Assembly: GCA_010405405.1 (NCBI GenBank)
Contig: MU004239.1
Span: 806,001-870,000 of the forward strand
Source: Microthyrium microscopicum
Taxonomy: Eukaryota
DNA length: 64,000 nt
Direction of reading: 5' to 3'
Positions 12,959-25,908 of the stretch are shown in pieces; the stretch's first letter is position 1; every line of letters begins with the position of its first letter. The translations under genes were made by a program, and so were the position numbers. The notes beneath the pieces were generated by a model. That model ran no database searches and had not been told where the DNA came from. It was given only the letters and a program-made list of their open reading frames with translations.

Positions 12959-13617
12959 GGTTGACGGGGAAGTTGTGGATGGTTTTTGAGATGAAGGTCC
13001 ATGATATAAACGTTGTATGTGTCTTGGTATCAAGTCGATATTATGAATGTATTCCAAAGTAGCAGTTCCTGTCGTTTTACCAGTGGAGCTACTCAATGTC
13101 AGCTTCGCAAACAGGCATTGGAAAAGATTGGAGGTTGGTGTCTGGTGTTATTGTATGATCATGTTTTCTACATATGACCTTCGTTCTATCTAAAACCTCA
13201 TAGCTTATGAAAGACTAGAGGATCGATCATGCATCTCGTGTCATGTCGTCTGCAGGTTGAACACTTGAAGTACAAATACAATAGCCTTCCTGCAATGCGT
13301 GTTACCGCGATAAAAACAAATGTGGTACACAATCCGGGTATCCTCCGCTGTGTATGCATTTTGAGGACATAACATATTGTTATTCCAACGCTAAATCAAT
13401 GTTCATGATTGATAGAGTATCCAAACGCCAAAAGTATGCGTGATGAAATATGCAGGAAGATGGTATAAGATGGTCGTAAACAGAGGCTCTCGCTTGTGAA
13501 ATGACAAAGTAAATAAGATGTGAGTGGTTGATGAATGATGTGATAGGTCTGTGATCGAATCGTATGTGTAGAGCAGGATGCCGTGTATGGTGGCTATTTG
13601 GTTGTATGGATGCCTGT

Positions 13618-14916
13618 TTACTTGGAGACTACGGCTGGAGCTGGACTTCTTTGATGTCCGACGTCTCCGTGGCCGGGAATGGTTATGGATTGGTCTTGTG
13701 GTGGAGGTGGTGGAGGCGGTGGGGTTTGAGTAGTTGGGGCAGCTGGAGGAGCTGGAGGAGCTGGAGGAGCTGGTGCTTGTTCATTGTTTTCTTGCTCTCT
13801 TACTGCTTGAGCTTTGAGTTGTTGTTGTTTCTTTTGCCAGTCGCTATGGAAGAATCAGTATTGTGTCAAGTCGTTGGGCTCAATTGACATACCCATAAGG
13901 AAGCCACTCCATCTCATCTCGATCAAAGTGATGGCCTTCAAAGTCCACTCTGGTCAAGGAGATTGGCTTATATTCCTCTTCCAGCAGTTCCGTGTACGCA
14001 TGCGGTATCCTCACTGGCACGCCTTCGAGGGTACTGACACGAAGGGGAAAGATATCCTTCTCCCGATAGTGATGCTTATCCTTACACATCATCATTCCGG
14101 GAATACCGGCGGCTTCGGCCGTTGTATTGCGCCGAAGGGAGGTGATGTCGATGAATAGACCGGTACTCATGTCAATCCAGCGGGCATCAATCACATTGAG
14201 AACATCAGTAGTTGATCCATTGATGTAGTGGGGATTAATCTCCAGTAAATAGTCTTTGCCGCCTATGGTGCCGTCCTTAAACTTGTAGTGGTGCATGGTC
14301 ATGTTGTAATAGTCGGCCTGAAAGTGGTTAGCTGCGTGAAGTACAGATTGATGGTATGCGCAAGATTGGAAAATCATGTATAACCATAGAAAATACAGGA
14401 AATACTGAAAATACTTGTTGTCCCGCAACATCGTTATGTACTTCAATGGTGTCGCGAAGTGTCGTATCAATCAAACTAATATGGAAAAGGTGAACTTACG
14501 AGGTATCTCATAGAAGATTGTGACATTTGCACGTCGACATCCGAATCCCAAGGCAATATCTTACGGTTCCACCACCACCCCATCAGCGTTCCGTGCATGA
14601 TCCAAGTTTGAGCACCAATGTCGTTCATCGTAGACAAATAAGATTGCAAGAGTGAAGTGAGAGCAACTTTCCTATCCTTATTTTGAAGGACTTTGTCTGC
14701 GAAACGGCCATCATAATGAGGATGGAAGATTGCCTCGTGAAAATACTTGTCTTTCGGGTCGCCAGGCTGTCCACTTAGTGACTTGGTCAAACGTGTTCGT
14801 ACACTCCAGAAATTTGCATCCCGCCGTTGGATGGCAGTCCGCCTTTGAAATTTGGTTGGAATGGCTTGACATATGGCGATAAGAGTGAAGAGGAGAAGAG
14901 CCAACCGCACCAACAT
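13618..14916 (-). CDS. LicD-family nucleotidyltransferase-fold protein (Mnn4-like), with signal peptide and Pro-rich tail
   Basis: KYFHE, HYDGRF, TWIMHGTLMGWWW, PWDSDVDVQ, NVIDARWID..TGLFIDIT. Exons 14916-14500, 14317-13893, 13843-13618. Confidence 0.88.
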
Positions 14917-15738
14917 GGCTGTTTTGAGTGGTGATAATCACCGCGACATCCAGGCTCTGTTAAGGTCGGAGAGTCCAGTCCCAGCCAGTTATAAATTCGA
15001 TGACGTTTAGCAAGTTCTGGTCAAATATTCCAACACAAGAAGCCAGAGAATAAGTTGATATCAATCGATAGAATAGAGAATCCAATACCAGACTGGTTGA
15101 CAAGAGCGGAAAGGGAAAGGTGATAATGATGACTTGAGCCAGGAGCGTTTGTGAGATGTAGTTGACGATAAGATGTAAGAGTCAGGTGGAGGTTATATGC
15201 TGGTAGATAGTAGTAGATGCGGGTAAGTCGATATAAGAGCAGATCTACAACGGCGCCAAGAGGATGTATTTCTAGCAAATCGGACTCATGGAAAGGCCGG
15301 TCGACGTAGGCAGAGGACGTGGACTGTGGAGATGGTTCAACACCAAGTCTCGATCAAAATTCGAACCCTTTCCTTTTGTAACGAATGGGCAGCTTGAGTG
15401 CCGCGCATCCGGCAACGCCCACTTGGACGCCTCCTTACTTTGCTTGCAAGCACACGACCATTTCCGTTGACCTGCCACCATTGAGCGTTGATGCCGGTTT
15501 TGACCCCTGTTATATGCAACCTTTACTCCACCTGCATGCTTATCGCGCAGGCCAGTCCACTGGTCCAGAGATAGGAGTAGATACAGGCTCGTAAGCGATC
15601 AGGCTGGGGGTTAAAAGCCATCATGATGATTGATATCTCATCTCTGTAATACAAATGGTAACGATATAATCCAACAACTCAGCAGATGGTGAGGAAAACA
15701 AGGAGATTCTGCAAAAGATTGCATCTTGGCCGCGTAAT

Positions 15739-18700
15739 GGGCAGCGTTAGCAGTTCTGATTTGTGCAGGATTCCTGCACGATTATTGCAGAGGAGGAATT
15801 CAGTACTAACCTAATAGAGTCGTAATCCGCGCTAGTAGCGTAAATAAGTATTATTACGTAGGGATAAACGGCGTTATACAAATTTCCCCTATACTTGTTT
15901 TTAGATTGCAATTTAGCGTATTTTAACTATAATTTTATTAAACAATATCTAAAATAGACCCCCTTTAAGAAGAATTAATTGTAATAACTACCATAGTAGT
16001 AGTACTATTAATATTATATATTATTATAGAAAAAGAGCTTTAAGAATAATATTATAGGCCTCTACTAGAATATATTTACTATGATTAGAATCTAGAGAAT
16101 AGATCTAATCGCCTAATAGTAGTAGAATATTAATAACTGCTTTAAATTAGTAAAGGATAACATCTGTAGTACTAATTAGTATATAATAGATTTAAGAAGT
16201 ATAAAATCCTAGAGCTAGTAGAGCTATTTAATCTTAAGAATCTTCTCTTACCTAATTACCTAAAGCTACTGTAGAAAGGGCTCTTTCTACTTTATATAGT
16301 ATTATATAGGTTATTAAAAATCTATACTTATAACGATATCTATTAGCACTTTAGTAGAAGTGCTATATATCTAAAGAAGTACTTTAATAGGACTATAACT
16401 TATCTTGATTAAAGATACGCTAATACTCTACTAAGATTCTACTCGTTATTAAATCTATAATGGATTTGTACCTATAATAAAATAATCGATAGAGCTAGTA
16501 GTAGTAATATATACTAGAATTATATTAATGGCACGCATATTAACGTCTATAGGCTAATAGGTTGTATCTAAAGATTATTATATTCTAGACACGATAAAGT
16601 ATATTATATTAAATACTAGGTAGTCTATTGCCCTAACGAATTAATGATAGTAATAGATTTATTACATCTAGGGGGTTTAAATAATCTAAGAATGTTATTA
16701 ACGTTAGGTCTTAAAGAACGACTTTAAACGGTTAGTATTAATTCTGTCTAGATATAAATATAACTTACCTCTTTAGATGTTTAATGGGGGCCAAAAACTA
16801 CTACTATATAACGATATAGTATATCTAAATAACGACCTAATAATATCTCTTTATATAAGAATTCTTACGCTAGCGTAGAAGGCGTGGAATAAAGAAATAT
16901 TAAAATACTGCGTGTGTATAGAATAGGTGTTTAGCAATATAAAAGCCTTGTTTAAGAGAGGAATATTTAATTTTAGGTTAGGCCTACAGATAGGATTAAT
17001 ATTAGTTGGAGCGTATATAGCGATATTGTTCTTACTTGCTAACTATTATACCTATTATTATAGAAATATTATTTTCGCGCGCTTTAGGGTAGATTTGCTA
17101 ACTATTAGTAGATATCTTAATCTTAGTAATATATTTAATAGTAGGATACTATTAGATTATCTATAAGAAGACAATTCGAACGGTATAGAATAGTTGTAGT
17201 AGTTATTAAAGAAGTAGATATTACAAAGTAAAGTTAGATATTCTTGTTAAAGGAGAAGAAGTTAATAAAGTAGAGTTAGCTAATTATTTAACCCTTCTAT
17301 ATACTTTTAAAGCTTTTAGTGTCTATCGTAACATTTCTATAAAAACTAAATTCCACCTTTACTACCAATTTACATAGGAAACACTAGCTTAATTTTTATA
17401 ACTATAATTAACTTAAAGACTTCCTTAATAACTCCTTTATCTCTATTATCTCTAAGCGAGCTGCCCTTACCTCTTCCCTTAATTTTGTAACTTTACTTCC
17501 TTCACTACTACCACTACTACTACTAATTCTACTACTAATAACCATATTATCTTAAGTTCTAGACCTGTTCGAATTGAGACGTTCTAACTATTAAACTAGG
17601 CTATTATAAATACTCATAATTTTATTAACCCTAGATACAGAAGTTTAAGTTCTACGCGCAGGCGTTAGAACTAGTATTATAGCAGGTCAAGTTTGAATAA
17701 GTAGAACTAACCCTTCCGTAGGGGCGTAATCTACGCCAGAAGTAGTTAAAAGCTAAGTTTTAGGAATATTTTCGACATCTTCTAGTTTAATAGTAATTAT
17801 TATAATATCTTCTTATTAAATATTAGATAAAAGCGCTTAACGTTCTAAATATGTCTTATATAATTTATTACGTAATTCTATAGCTTCTTTACGACGTTGC
17901 TTAATAACGTTTATAGAAGCTTTCTTCGTTGATATCTTAGTTTAGTAATAGTTGTATGTTTTTATAAAGGCATTTAGAGTAAGTTGGAATTCATCTATTA
18001 GTATATTATATCCTAACTTATCTTTTAGTTCTTAACGCTATTAAAGAAGAGCATGATTGATCGCTAGCTGAATTGCTTGTCCTAAAGGACTGTCTTAGAG
18101 GCCCTGAATAGATTTATATTACTTAGTAACTTCAATCTACCACTATATCTTCTATCTAGTAATAGCGTCGTCGCTATTACTACTAAAGCTATCCTTTTGC
18201 CTTAACGCGCACATTAATACGACCATTAGACGTCGTTATCCCTATACTAGACCTTACTTCCTGCCTGCACGATTACTTGTTAAAGCGCTTAAACTAGTAG
18301 TAGGGGTTAGGGTAGGAATATAGGTCCTAGCGACTACTAGCGTAGCCTAACGTGTTAAAGGCCCTATAGTAGTATTTTAGGTAGTAGGCACCTACGTAGA
18401 CGGGAGATAAAGAGCTTATATTAAGCTCTAAGATATTAAATCCTATGTGAAGCTATCTAGCTCTCTAGTAGAGCTATTTTAGCGTAGATAATTAGTATCC
18501 TAAAGCTAAGTCTCTACTTTGACCTAAGTATCTAGTTTAACCTAAGTCTCTAGATTAAAGTAGTATAGATTTAGCTAGTAAGTACTAAAAATCAAGGCAT
18601 GTAGTAATACTAATCTTAAAATAAGTTAAACATACTATGGTTTTAATAGTAATAGTATTAGCGATGACGGTAGAGTATTCTTAGAATACCCTAAATATAG

Positions 18701-19199
18701 TAAAGGAGGTTTAATAAGATCGTGAAGCTTAGGATCAATTTAGTTTAATAGGATTTGAAACGACATCATCGTTAAATTACTTAGTAGTAGTTATTAATTT
18801 TGTATTTTAATTAGAATTACTAACGATAAAGATAGGATTATTTAAATTTAGCTTCTTCTATATATCTAGCACAATTATATACCGCATCTAGATTAATTCT
18901 AGCGTTATTAATTATCTCTTTTGCCTTCAACGCGTATAGCGCGTTTAAATTACTTTACGATCTTTATAATAATACTATTCCGCAGGACTATACTAAAATT
19001 AATATAACGTTAAAATATACACTGCGCTAGGCTTTAATAGGTAAAAGATACGCTGATTATTATGCCAAAATCCTGCGTTAGTCGCTTTGGCTAAGCTCTA
19101 GCGCCATTTGCAGGATTTTGGCTTTCTAGCCCGAATAGGAAGAGATCTAATCCTACGGCGTTCTCCGAGGGTGCACGATTTGGGCTGCTAACGCTGCCC
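15739..19199. mobile_element. RIP-degraded PIF/Harbinger DNA transposon, both ends present
   Basis: Abrupt AT-rich, TpA-rich block. TIR GGGCAGCGTTAGCAG at 15739 and its reverse complement ending at 19199; 3-bp direct repeat AAT on both sides; transposase relic inside. Confidence 0.9.
15990..17190 (+). pseudogene. Harbinger (DDE_Tnp_4-type) transposase relic; boundaries approximate
   Basis: Reverting RIP transitions gives (C)IDGTHI at 16521-16541 (TAT ATT AAT GGC ACG CAT ATT), a PDG-like triplet at ~16632, and NKE(M)(S)K..V.IE(W)VF(G)NIKALF from 16888. Many stops. Confidence 0.8.
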
Positions 19200-19559
19200 A
19201 ATCATTCCAGCGGCTTGTATGACCACTGACCTGGCAGCTCTCGGGTGTAGCGCCACCTACCAGGCATGTTTGGGCGTAAAATGATGCTGATTGGATGCAA
19301 AAGCCCGCTAAGAAAAGCTTGTCTCGTCTTGGCTTTGATGCTTGTTCCCACTAAAGTAAGTAAGGAGTGGTGGAGACTACAAGTATCGCGTGTCCTCAAT
19401 CTTGATGTTTAGTGAAACCATCCCGGATAAGTTCAGACTTCAAGAACAATGAAAATGTCGCAACTTGTCTCGCGACTTGCTTCCTGCCTGAGTAGATTTT
19501 ATTGGGAATGATCGCACAGGTTTGAGGAGACTTCTTGAGCCCCATTGTACGTGTACCTC

Positions 19560-20330
19560 ACAAGGCTTTCAAGATACAAGCTGCTCGTGCTCACCTTTGA
19601 AGTATAAAGATACCGTACCTCTATCGTGGCTTGCTACCTTCTTAGGTAGATATTCTGGATATGATTCTTTGACTTCAGGCTGCCAATAGCTCGTGCTTTC
19701 TTTTCCTCCATTCTTTCGCCTATTCCAGAAATTATCACACCATCCAGCTTCCCCTTCGAGCATCTTTTTGACAAGCGGCTCCGAAAATGACTCTGCCACG
19801 CGGCCTTGGCGGCATTGGTTGTCAGTTCCGCCACAAAAGATATCTCCGAGCGCTTTAAGGATCAACTGGTCAAAGCAACCGCTTCTTTTGACGAATGCTC
19901 AGTGGCCTTTCATTTCTCGTTTCAAACATTGCACCACCGCGCGGCAGCTGCATCGCAATTCGTAAAATTCGGCGGATACAAAGTATTTGTGGTATGTAGT
20001 TCGACGTTACACGCGCCTACCAAATTCTGCACGAACCCCTGGTTCACGTACCAAGTCATCATCCCTGTGAAGCATTACACTTGAGTCGTAGGTCCCACAG
20101 TGCTGAAAAGAATGAGTCTCAAGCGTGTTCTTCGCCTTCTGTGGACCATTTAAGGACTCGCTGTTCGGCCTTTCGCTGCAAGAAGATGCCGATTTCGGCT
20201 TGCCATTATCTGTCCCACTTGTCCACTAAAGCAGGTGGGTGGTCAGTACGTCTTGCAAGTTGCGTAACCAGTTGGACCCACCAAAAGATGTTCCACTTCT
20301 AGTTTCCTGTTTCACGGTGCTGCGTTATGA
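19560..20330 (-). pseudogene. Probable decayed gene of unknown family
   Basis: Coding-like minus-strand reading (..FWWVQLVTQLARR..; ..EFYELRCSCRAVVQCLKRE..; ..LILKALGDIFCGG..) broken by several stops; no family recognised. Confidence 0.3.
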
Positions 20331-21327
20331 CGACGGAAAACAATTTTACGTTCGTTTCTAGAACAGACCACCGGAACATTGCTGTGTAAACGTTCCTGTC
20401 AGCTGTCGCGTGACGTTGGTGTAGTCGTTGTTTAGATCATCAGGGTTGATATTAACCTGGTTGGCAATAGTAGAGATTTACCGGTACAACCTTCAAGCCC
20501 TTGAGGTCAGTTTGTGAGTTGCTCTGTATATACTTTACGCTCTGAAATAGTATCATGATGAGGATCCTACAAGTCGATTGTCTGTTCAACGACCATGCTT
20601 CGAATCACACAAGCATCATAGAACGAGCCAAATCTGATGTGATGTTCCCGCTGCGGCCTCTAACGGGAAGTGTGCCTGTCAGATGTCTGGTCTGATATCA
20701 GCTTCCAGGTTGGGCATTATCCCGAGCACATATCATGGATGTCAGTCAGGGCCCAGAGTCAGGCTTTACCACCATTCAAGAAGATCAGCGTAGTTCTGTG
20801 ATGATTGTCGAAGGTGGTCCAGATAAGCTATCGCATCAATGATCAGAAATAGACACGCAATATACGCAGGGCTGGAAAAGTATCCGCACTCCTGGTTTGA
20901 AAATTGATGAACTTCTCACAGACCACGCGTGGTGGCTGGAGCAGATGAACCCTGCCCAGAGGCGGGACACATGCGAGATAAGATCGGCTCATTGATGGAG
21001 ATCGCATCCCTGCTGTTCTGCCGAGCTTGTTCTTTCGGCCCGAGTCCCTTACCAAGAATAATTCGAACAATCTGGAAGGAACTTTCATAGCTTCACTCAA
21101 CACCATCAAACTAACTATCGTCGCATCCATAGGTAATACCATCTTCGCCACAGAGCTCAACCGTCAACATCCACTCTACCCTCTGCGCAAACATAAGGAC
21201 TCCACTATCACACATCAATCTTCGCCAAACCCTCATCGCATTCTTCAACCCATCTTGCCAACAACTCGCCAGCCCACCAACAACTCCACAAACCTTCTAC
21301 CCGACCACATCCCTCCCTCTCATCAAA

Positions 21328-22012
21328 ATGGCAAATTACCTCGCCTCCATCTTCGGCACCGAACAGGACAAAGTCAACTGTTCATTCTACTACAAAATCG
21401 GCGCCTGCCGCCACGGGGACCGCTGCTCGCGCAAGCACGTAAAACCTTCCTACTCCCAAACAATCCTACTACCAAACATGTACCAAAACCCCGCCTACGA
21501 CCCCAAGAACAAACTGAACGGCAGCCAGCTGCAGAACCACTTTGATGCGTTCTACGAAGACTTTTGGTGCGAGATGTGCAAGTACGGGGAAATCGAGGAG
21601 GTGGTAGTCTGCGACAACAATAACGACCGTAAGCTTTCTCCCTATTCCATTTACATGATATTTTTTACTGACGAGGTGAATAGATCTGATTGGAAACGTA
21701 TATGCGCGCTTCAAATATGAAGATTCTGCGCAAAAAGCCTGCGATGCGCTAAATTCTCGCTGGTATGCTGGTCGGCCGATATACTGCGAGCTCAGTCCCG
21801 TCACGGATTTCAGAGAAGCTTGTTGTCGGCTGAATAGTGGTGATGGATGCGTGCGAGGGGGATTCTGCAATTTCATTCATCGAAAGCAGCCGAGTGACGA
21901 ATTGGATCGCGAACTTACGCTGAGTACTAAGAAGTGGCTGAAGATACGCGGACGAGATGAGCGCAGTGTTACGAGAAGCCCGAGTCCGGAGCCGACGAGA
22001 AAGAGATACTAA
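21328..22012 (+). CDS. U2AF1: Splicing factor U2AF small subunit (U2AF35/U2AF23), 209 aa
   Basis: MANYLASIFGTEQDKVNCSFYYKIGACRHGDRCSRKH; UHM with HLIGNVY across intron 21629-21683; second CCCH finger CVRGGFCNFIH. Confidence 0.97.
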
Positions 22013-25000
22013 AAAATACAATGGTACGATGGAATCAAGAGTAGGGGATGTGAGTGTGTATTATATGGACAGGCGTCGAGTATTGATTGATGCACTCTGA
22101 TGGGTGAACCTGGGCAAGCATGCAAGGCGTTGTTATATCATGACGAGAATACAAAAGTTAGTAATGTCATTGAACTTTCACATGCAGACAGATGGTTTGA
22201 GAGGGTAAGCGAGAAGTTTTACATCTCGTTTGTGATTATTATTGTTTCGTATCTTGTCTGCATGCTAAGAACTTCATAGTCTTCATAAAGCTTGCGGACC
22301 CACCTATCCAAGTCGTCGCCCCGCCGTAATTGTATTACCTCCGTCTACTGGTGGTCCCATTATCCCAATATCGCATAAAAAGGCCGGAATACCATGCCGA
22401 ACATAGTGGTGTGAGAAATCTGGACGGTCTTGTCATTAGCTACCTTTGTCATGGTATGCAGAGCTACTCGCCATGGCGTACCTGCAAAATGGAATCGTCC
22501 CAGTGGTTGCTATTGGTAAATAGGTCATCTCGAGGATGAGGCCTTTTGGTCGTTGGCAGCTTTCGTCCTCATCCATAACACTATCAGTACCACGCCTACG
22601 ATCAGACCGAAGAAGCAGAGCCAGAACAGCCAACATATCCATGCATGTCTCGTCCGTTTGCGCTTCTGTGCATCGAGCCATGAATCTCTACGCATTCACG
22701 TTAGTCCCATCGGCGATACTTTCAATCTGGAGGACCTTACGAGTGCTTGAGTTGTGGATGAAGAGGACTTCCGGCTCCCGGTCTAACGCCCTGCTCCTCG
22801 TCCTGGTGGACTGCCACGGAAAAGCGCCGCCAAAATGCAGGATCTCTGATGATGCCGGCCATGGATATTGTATTGGATGATGTTGGAGAGGTAAATGCGA
22901 TCGTCTAATGGCTGCAGAGTAGTCTGGCGACAAGTAGACGGCTAGGGAGAGCTAGGAGTTGAGTTCCTGGGCCTATGGTTGAAAATGCTGGAATGGAATG
23001 CAGAGCAAAAGAGCTGAGTGGTATAAAGTTGATGGGATGATAGGCATACAAGCGAGTGAAGTGCCTATTGTACGATATGGAAGATGGAAGATGGAAGATG
23101 GATGACGGAGACAAGAGGTGGAGCTGGATGCGGCAAAAAGGTGTCAATGTACAACATGCAACGGCATCTGCGAGAACTTGGAAGGGAAAGAACTAGGTAT
23201 GGGCGCGTTACCAGCCGCGAGAAGAAGGTACGACGCGCATGCAGAGGCAGGAGCAGTTGTGACTTTTAGGAATGAGCAGTTCCACCTCTCGTGCTACATG
23301 AGGAAGTTGCATTCCATCAGCTGCTACTTGAGTTGGCAAGAGCCTTGTAGAAAAAGTACCACCAAAGACCTGCTTGTTACAAGTCTTACAAGTCAGGCCA
23401 ATGCAACAAAGCAGTCTAAAGTCATGTGGTGATTAACTCAAGTCATTGGAAATGATATTCACGATGCAATCCAATGACTGAGTGCCGTTGGAAAGATCTC
23501 ATTTTCAGGGGTTTCGAAACATGTTTGGCGCTTGGTGCATCCATGACATCCTTGTTGCATCCAATTGGGACCAGAATCAGATCAATGCTGCCTTGCATGA
23601 GATATAATTTACTTTGGGCACATCTTCTGTACACTTCATTTCCAAGTCTTGAAAAGGTTTAAAGGTTTTGGAATACCTATAGGAAAGCATTTGGTCCTCA
23701 AACAGAGGCGATTTACTTCCTACACCTATCAAAGCTATATGAGATCCGGAATGAGAGACATCCAGGTATAAGGTTTAGTATTTGCTGATCAGTGTGGTAT
23801 TCCGTAATAGCAACGTTTAATGTACTTCGCTAGAGTATCGAATTAAGCAGCCGTACTGGTGTTTATGGTCTGTCATATACACCACTTTCTCAGAACTCCG
23901 ATTTACAATTTGACATGGCTACCATTCAGCTGGTCACCATAGGCACAACACCATGCACCAAACACCCAACTTTTGAGTTCTGGCATATATCGCTTGAGTC
24001 TGATATGAGCATAGGTTGCGCTGAAGTGAACAACTCTGCATTCGCATTGCTAATGCTTTCTATCTAGCGGTCTTATCCTGAAAGAAGACTGTGTGCTCGC
24101 CGTGGACAACAGAGTCATAGTAAAGGAAAGTAACACATGTTTGACCTCGAGATATTTCTGGTTGCAGTAAGTATCACTCTCTTCAATGGCCAAGAGGCCG
24201 TGTCAACGAGCGAGTACCGGTATAGTCAGAATCTTTACTGTACTTCTTTGGCTTTTGTGACGTCCCAACTTCCAGCCTTGTAGTTATGGATTACCGTAAC
24301 CATATTGCATAAGCTACTGTGTTCTGCTCTTCAGGTCAACGATTTTGAATGATTCGATTCCTTTCACAATCACATATTAGCCTTCCCTGATCATGCATAT
24401 ATGCAATTGGTACATCTATTCCCGTAGCGTCATCGGAATACCTTTCTAGCTCAATCGCAAACTGTCATCTTAAAACGGTAGTGACCATTTGATAGCTGCC
24501 GATTGGTGCCCAACATTTTCTCGTGCAGAGACTTCACAGGCCCACAGGGCTATATTGGGTTACCCCAGATAAAGATACGGATTTAATATGTGGACGGCCT
24601 CAGCCTGATCGCCATGATTAGTAATTATTGAACTTCCACGTTGCAAGAACAAACTTGGCATTGCAACACGAGAGGCCGTGTGTTCAAAAATTGGTAATTC
24701 AAGACACAAGGCATGCCAGTCAAGGCAGCTATTCTCTTCTCGAATTGCCAGATCAGAGCTTCTCTCAACTCTCAACCTGGCTGATGCATATGCAGCTCCA
24801 TCGAGAGCTCTGAGAGTGCCAATCAGCAAGAACAAGAGTAGCTGAGGGGTAGGGGTAGCTCTTCTCCCATTTTCTCTTACCTAGTACTATCTGTACCTGT
24901 AATCTGAAGGCCCAGATTGATTGACCGCCGGTATTTATATTACACCCTAGCTTCTGAAACACACAGCGAACAAGCGATGCAGAATACGCCGTATGATTCT

Positions 25001-25398
25001 CGTGAGAGCGTTGATTGGAGCCAATCAGCAAGTGCAAGGCTGAGAACAAGTACGATAATTTGTAAGCGGTGCCCACAAAGCAAGGCTGCACGACCTCGGC
25101 TTTAAGAGATGAATTGTCAGTGGACAGCCTAAGAGACTTAGAAATGCAGCTTGTAAGATGATCGATTGGATTTTCGAGAGGTATATAAGGTACTACATAG
25201 CCGGTCCAGCAGTAACCATCAGAGCAGCTGCCCGACTTCGCAACTTATAGCTTCCCAATATCAGGTACTTGACCCCTGAGCTCTCTCCATAAATAAGAGT
25301 CCATTGATCTAACTTCCACTCTTCAGCTTTCCACCCATCAACCTTCTCAACAACTTACACAAAACACTTAAACAACTATCCAAATACCAACCGCAATC

Positions 25399-25908
25399 AT
25401 GTCCGTCAACATCTACGACGCCTACATCCCCATCTACGTCCGCGCCATCAACAACACAATCCACCTCCTCACCAAAGGCGAAGCCTTCACCAAAGAAAAA
25501 GGCATCTCCGAAGCCGACGTCATGGCCTGGCGTCTCGCCCCCGACATGCTGCCCTTCACCTTCCAAGTGCAAACCATCTGCAACAACGCCAAAAACCTCC
25601 TCGGCAAGATCACCGGCATTGAGCAGGCCAAGGTCGAAGACAACGAGAAGACCTTTGCGGAACTTCACGCCCGCCTCAACAGCACGCTTGAATTGCTCAA
25701 TGGCGCGAAGAGGGAGCAGTTTGAGGGCAAGGACAAGGCGGAGATTACGGCGGGTCGGAATGGTGAGATTAAGCTAAGCGGATTGCAGTTTGTGCAGGGG
25801 ATGGGTATTCCGAACTTGTATTTCCATGTTACGACGATTTATGCGTTGTTCCGTAGCCATGGTGCGCCGTTGGGCAAGCTCGATTTCTTGCGTGGAAAGG
25901 ATGCTTAG
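25399..25908 (+). CDS. DUF1993 family (DinB/YfiT-like helical) protein, 169 aa, intronless
   Basis: RLAPDMLPFTFQVQ, TFAELHARL, PNLYFHVTTIYALFR, GAPLGKLDFL; strong C/G third-position bias and AATCATG start context. Confidence 0.88.
   Translation: MSVNIYDAYIPIYVRAINNTIHLLTKGEAFTKEKGISEADVMAWRLAPDMLPFTFQVQTICNNAKNLLGKITGIEQAKVEDNEKTFAELHARLNSTLELLNGAKREQFEGKDKAEITAGRNGEIKLSGLQFVQGMGIPNLYFHVTTIYALFRSHGAPLGKLDFLRGKDA

Noticed and set aside
14318..14499. Unusually long (182 bp) LicD intron as a snoRNA host or nested intron
   Set aside because: No clear C/D or H/ACA boxes and no internal splice-site set seen.
16927..17166. 79-aa hydrophobic ORF in the AT-rich block
   Set aside because: It is a stop-free piece of the RIPed transposase, not an independent gene.
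22436..22933. Two in-frame minus-strand ORFs separated by one TAG (second editing candidate)
   Set aside because: No ATG start, further in-frame TAGs just upstream, short length and no recognisable domain.
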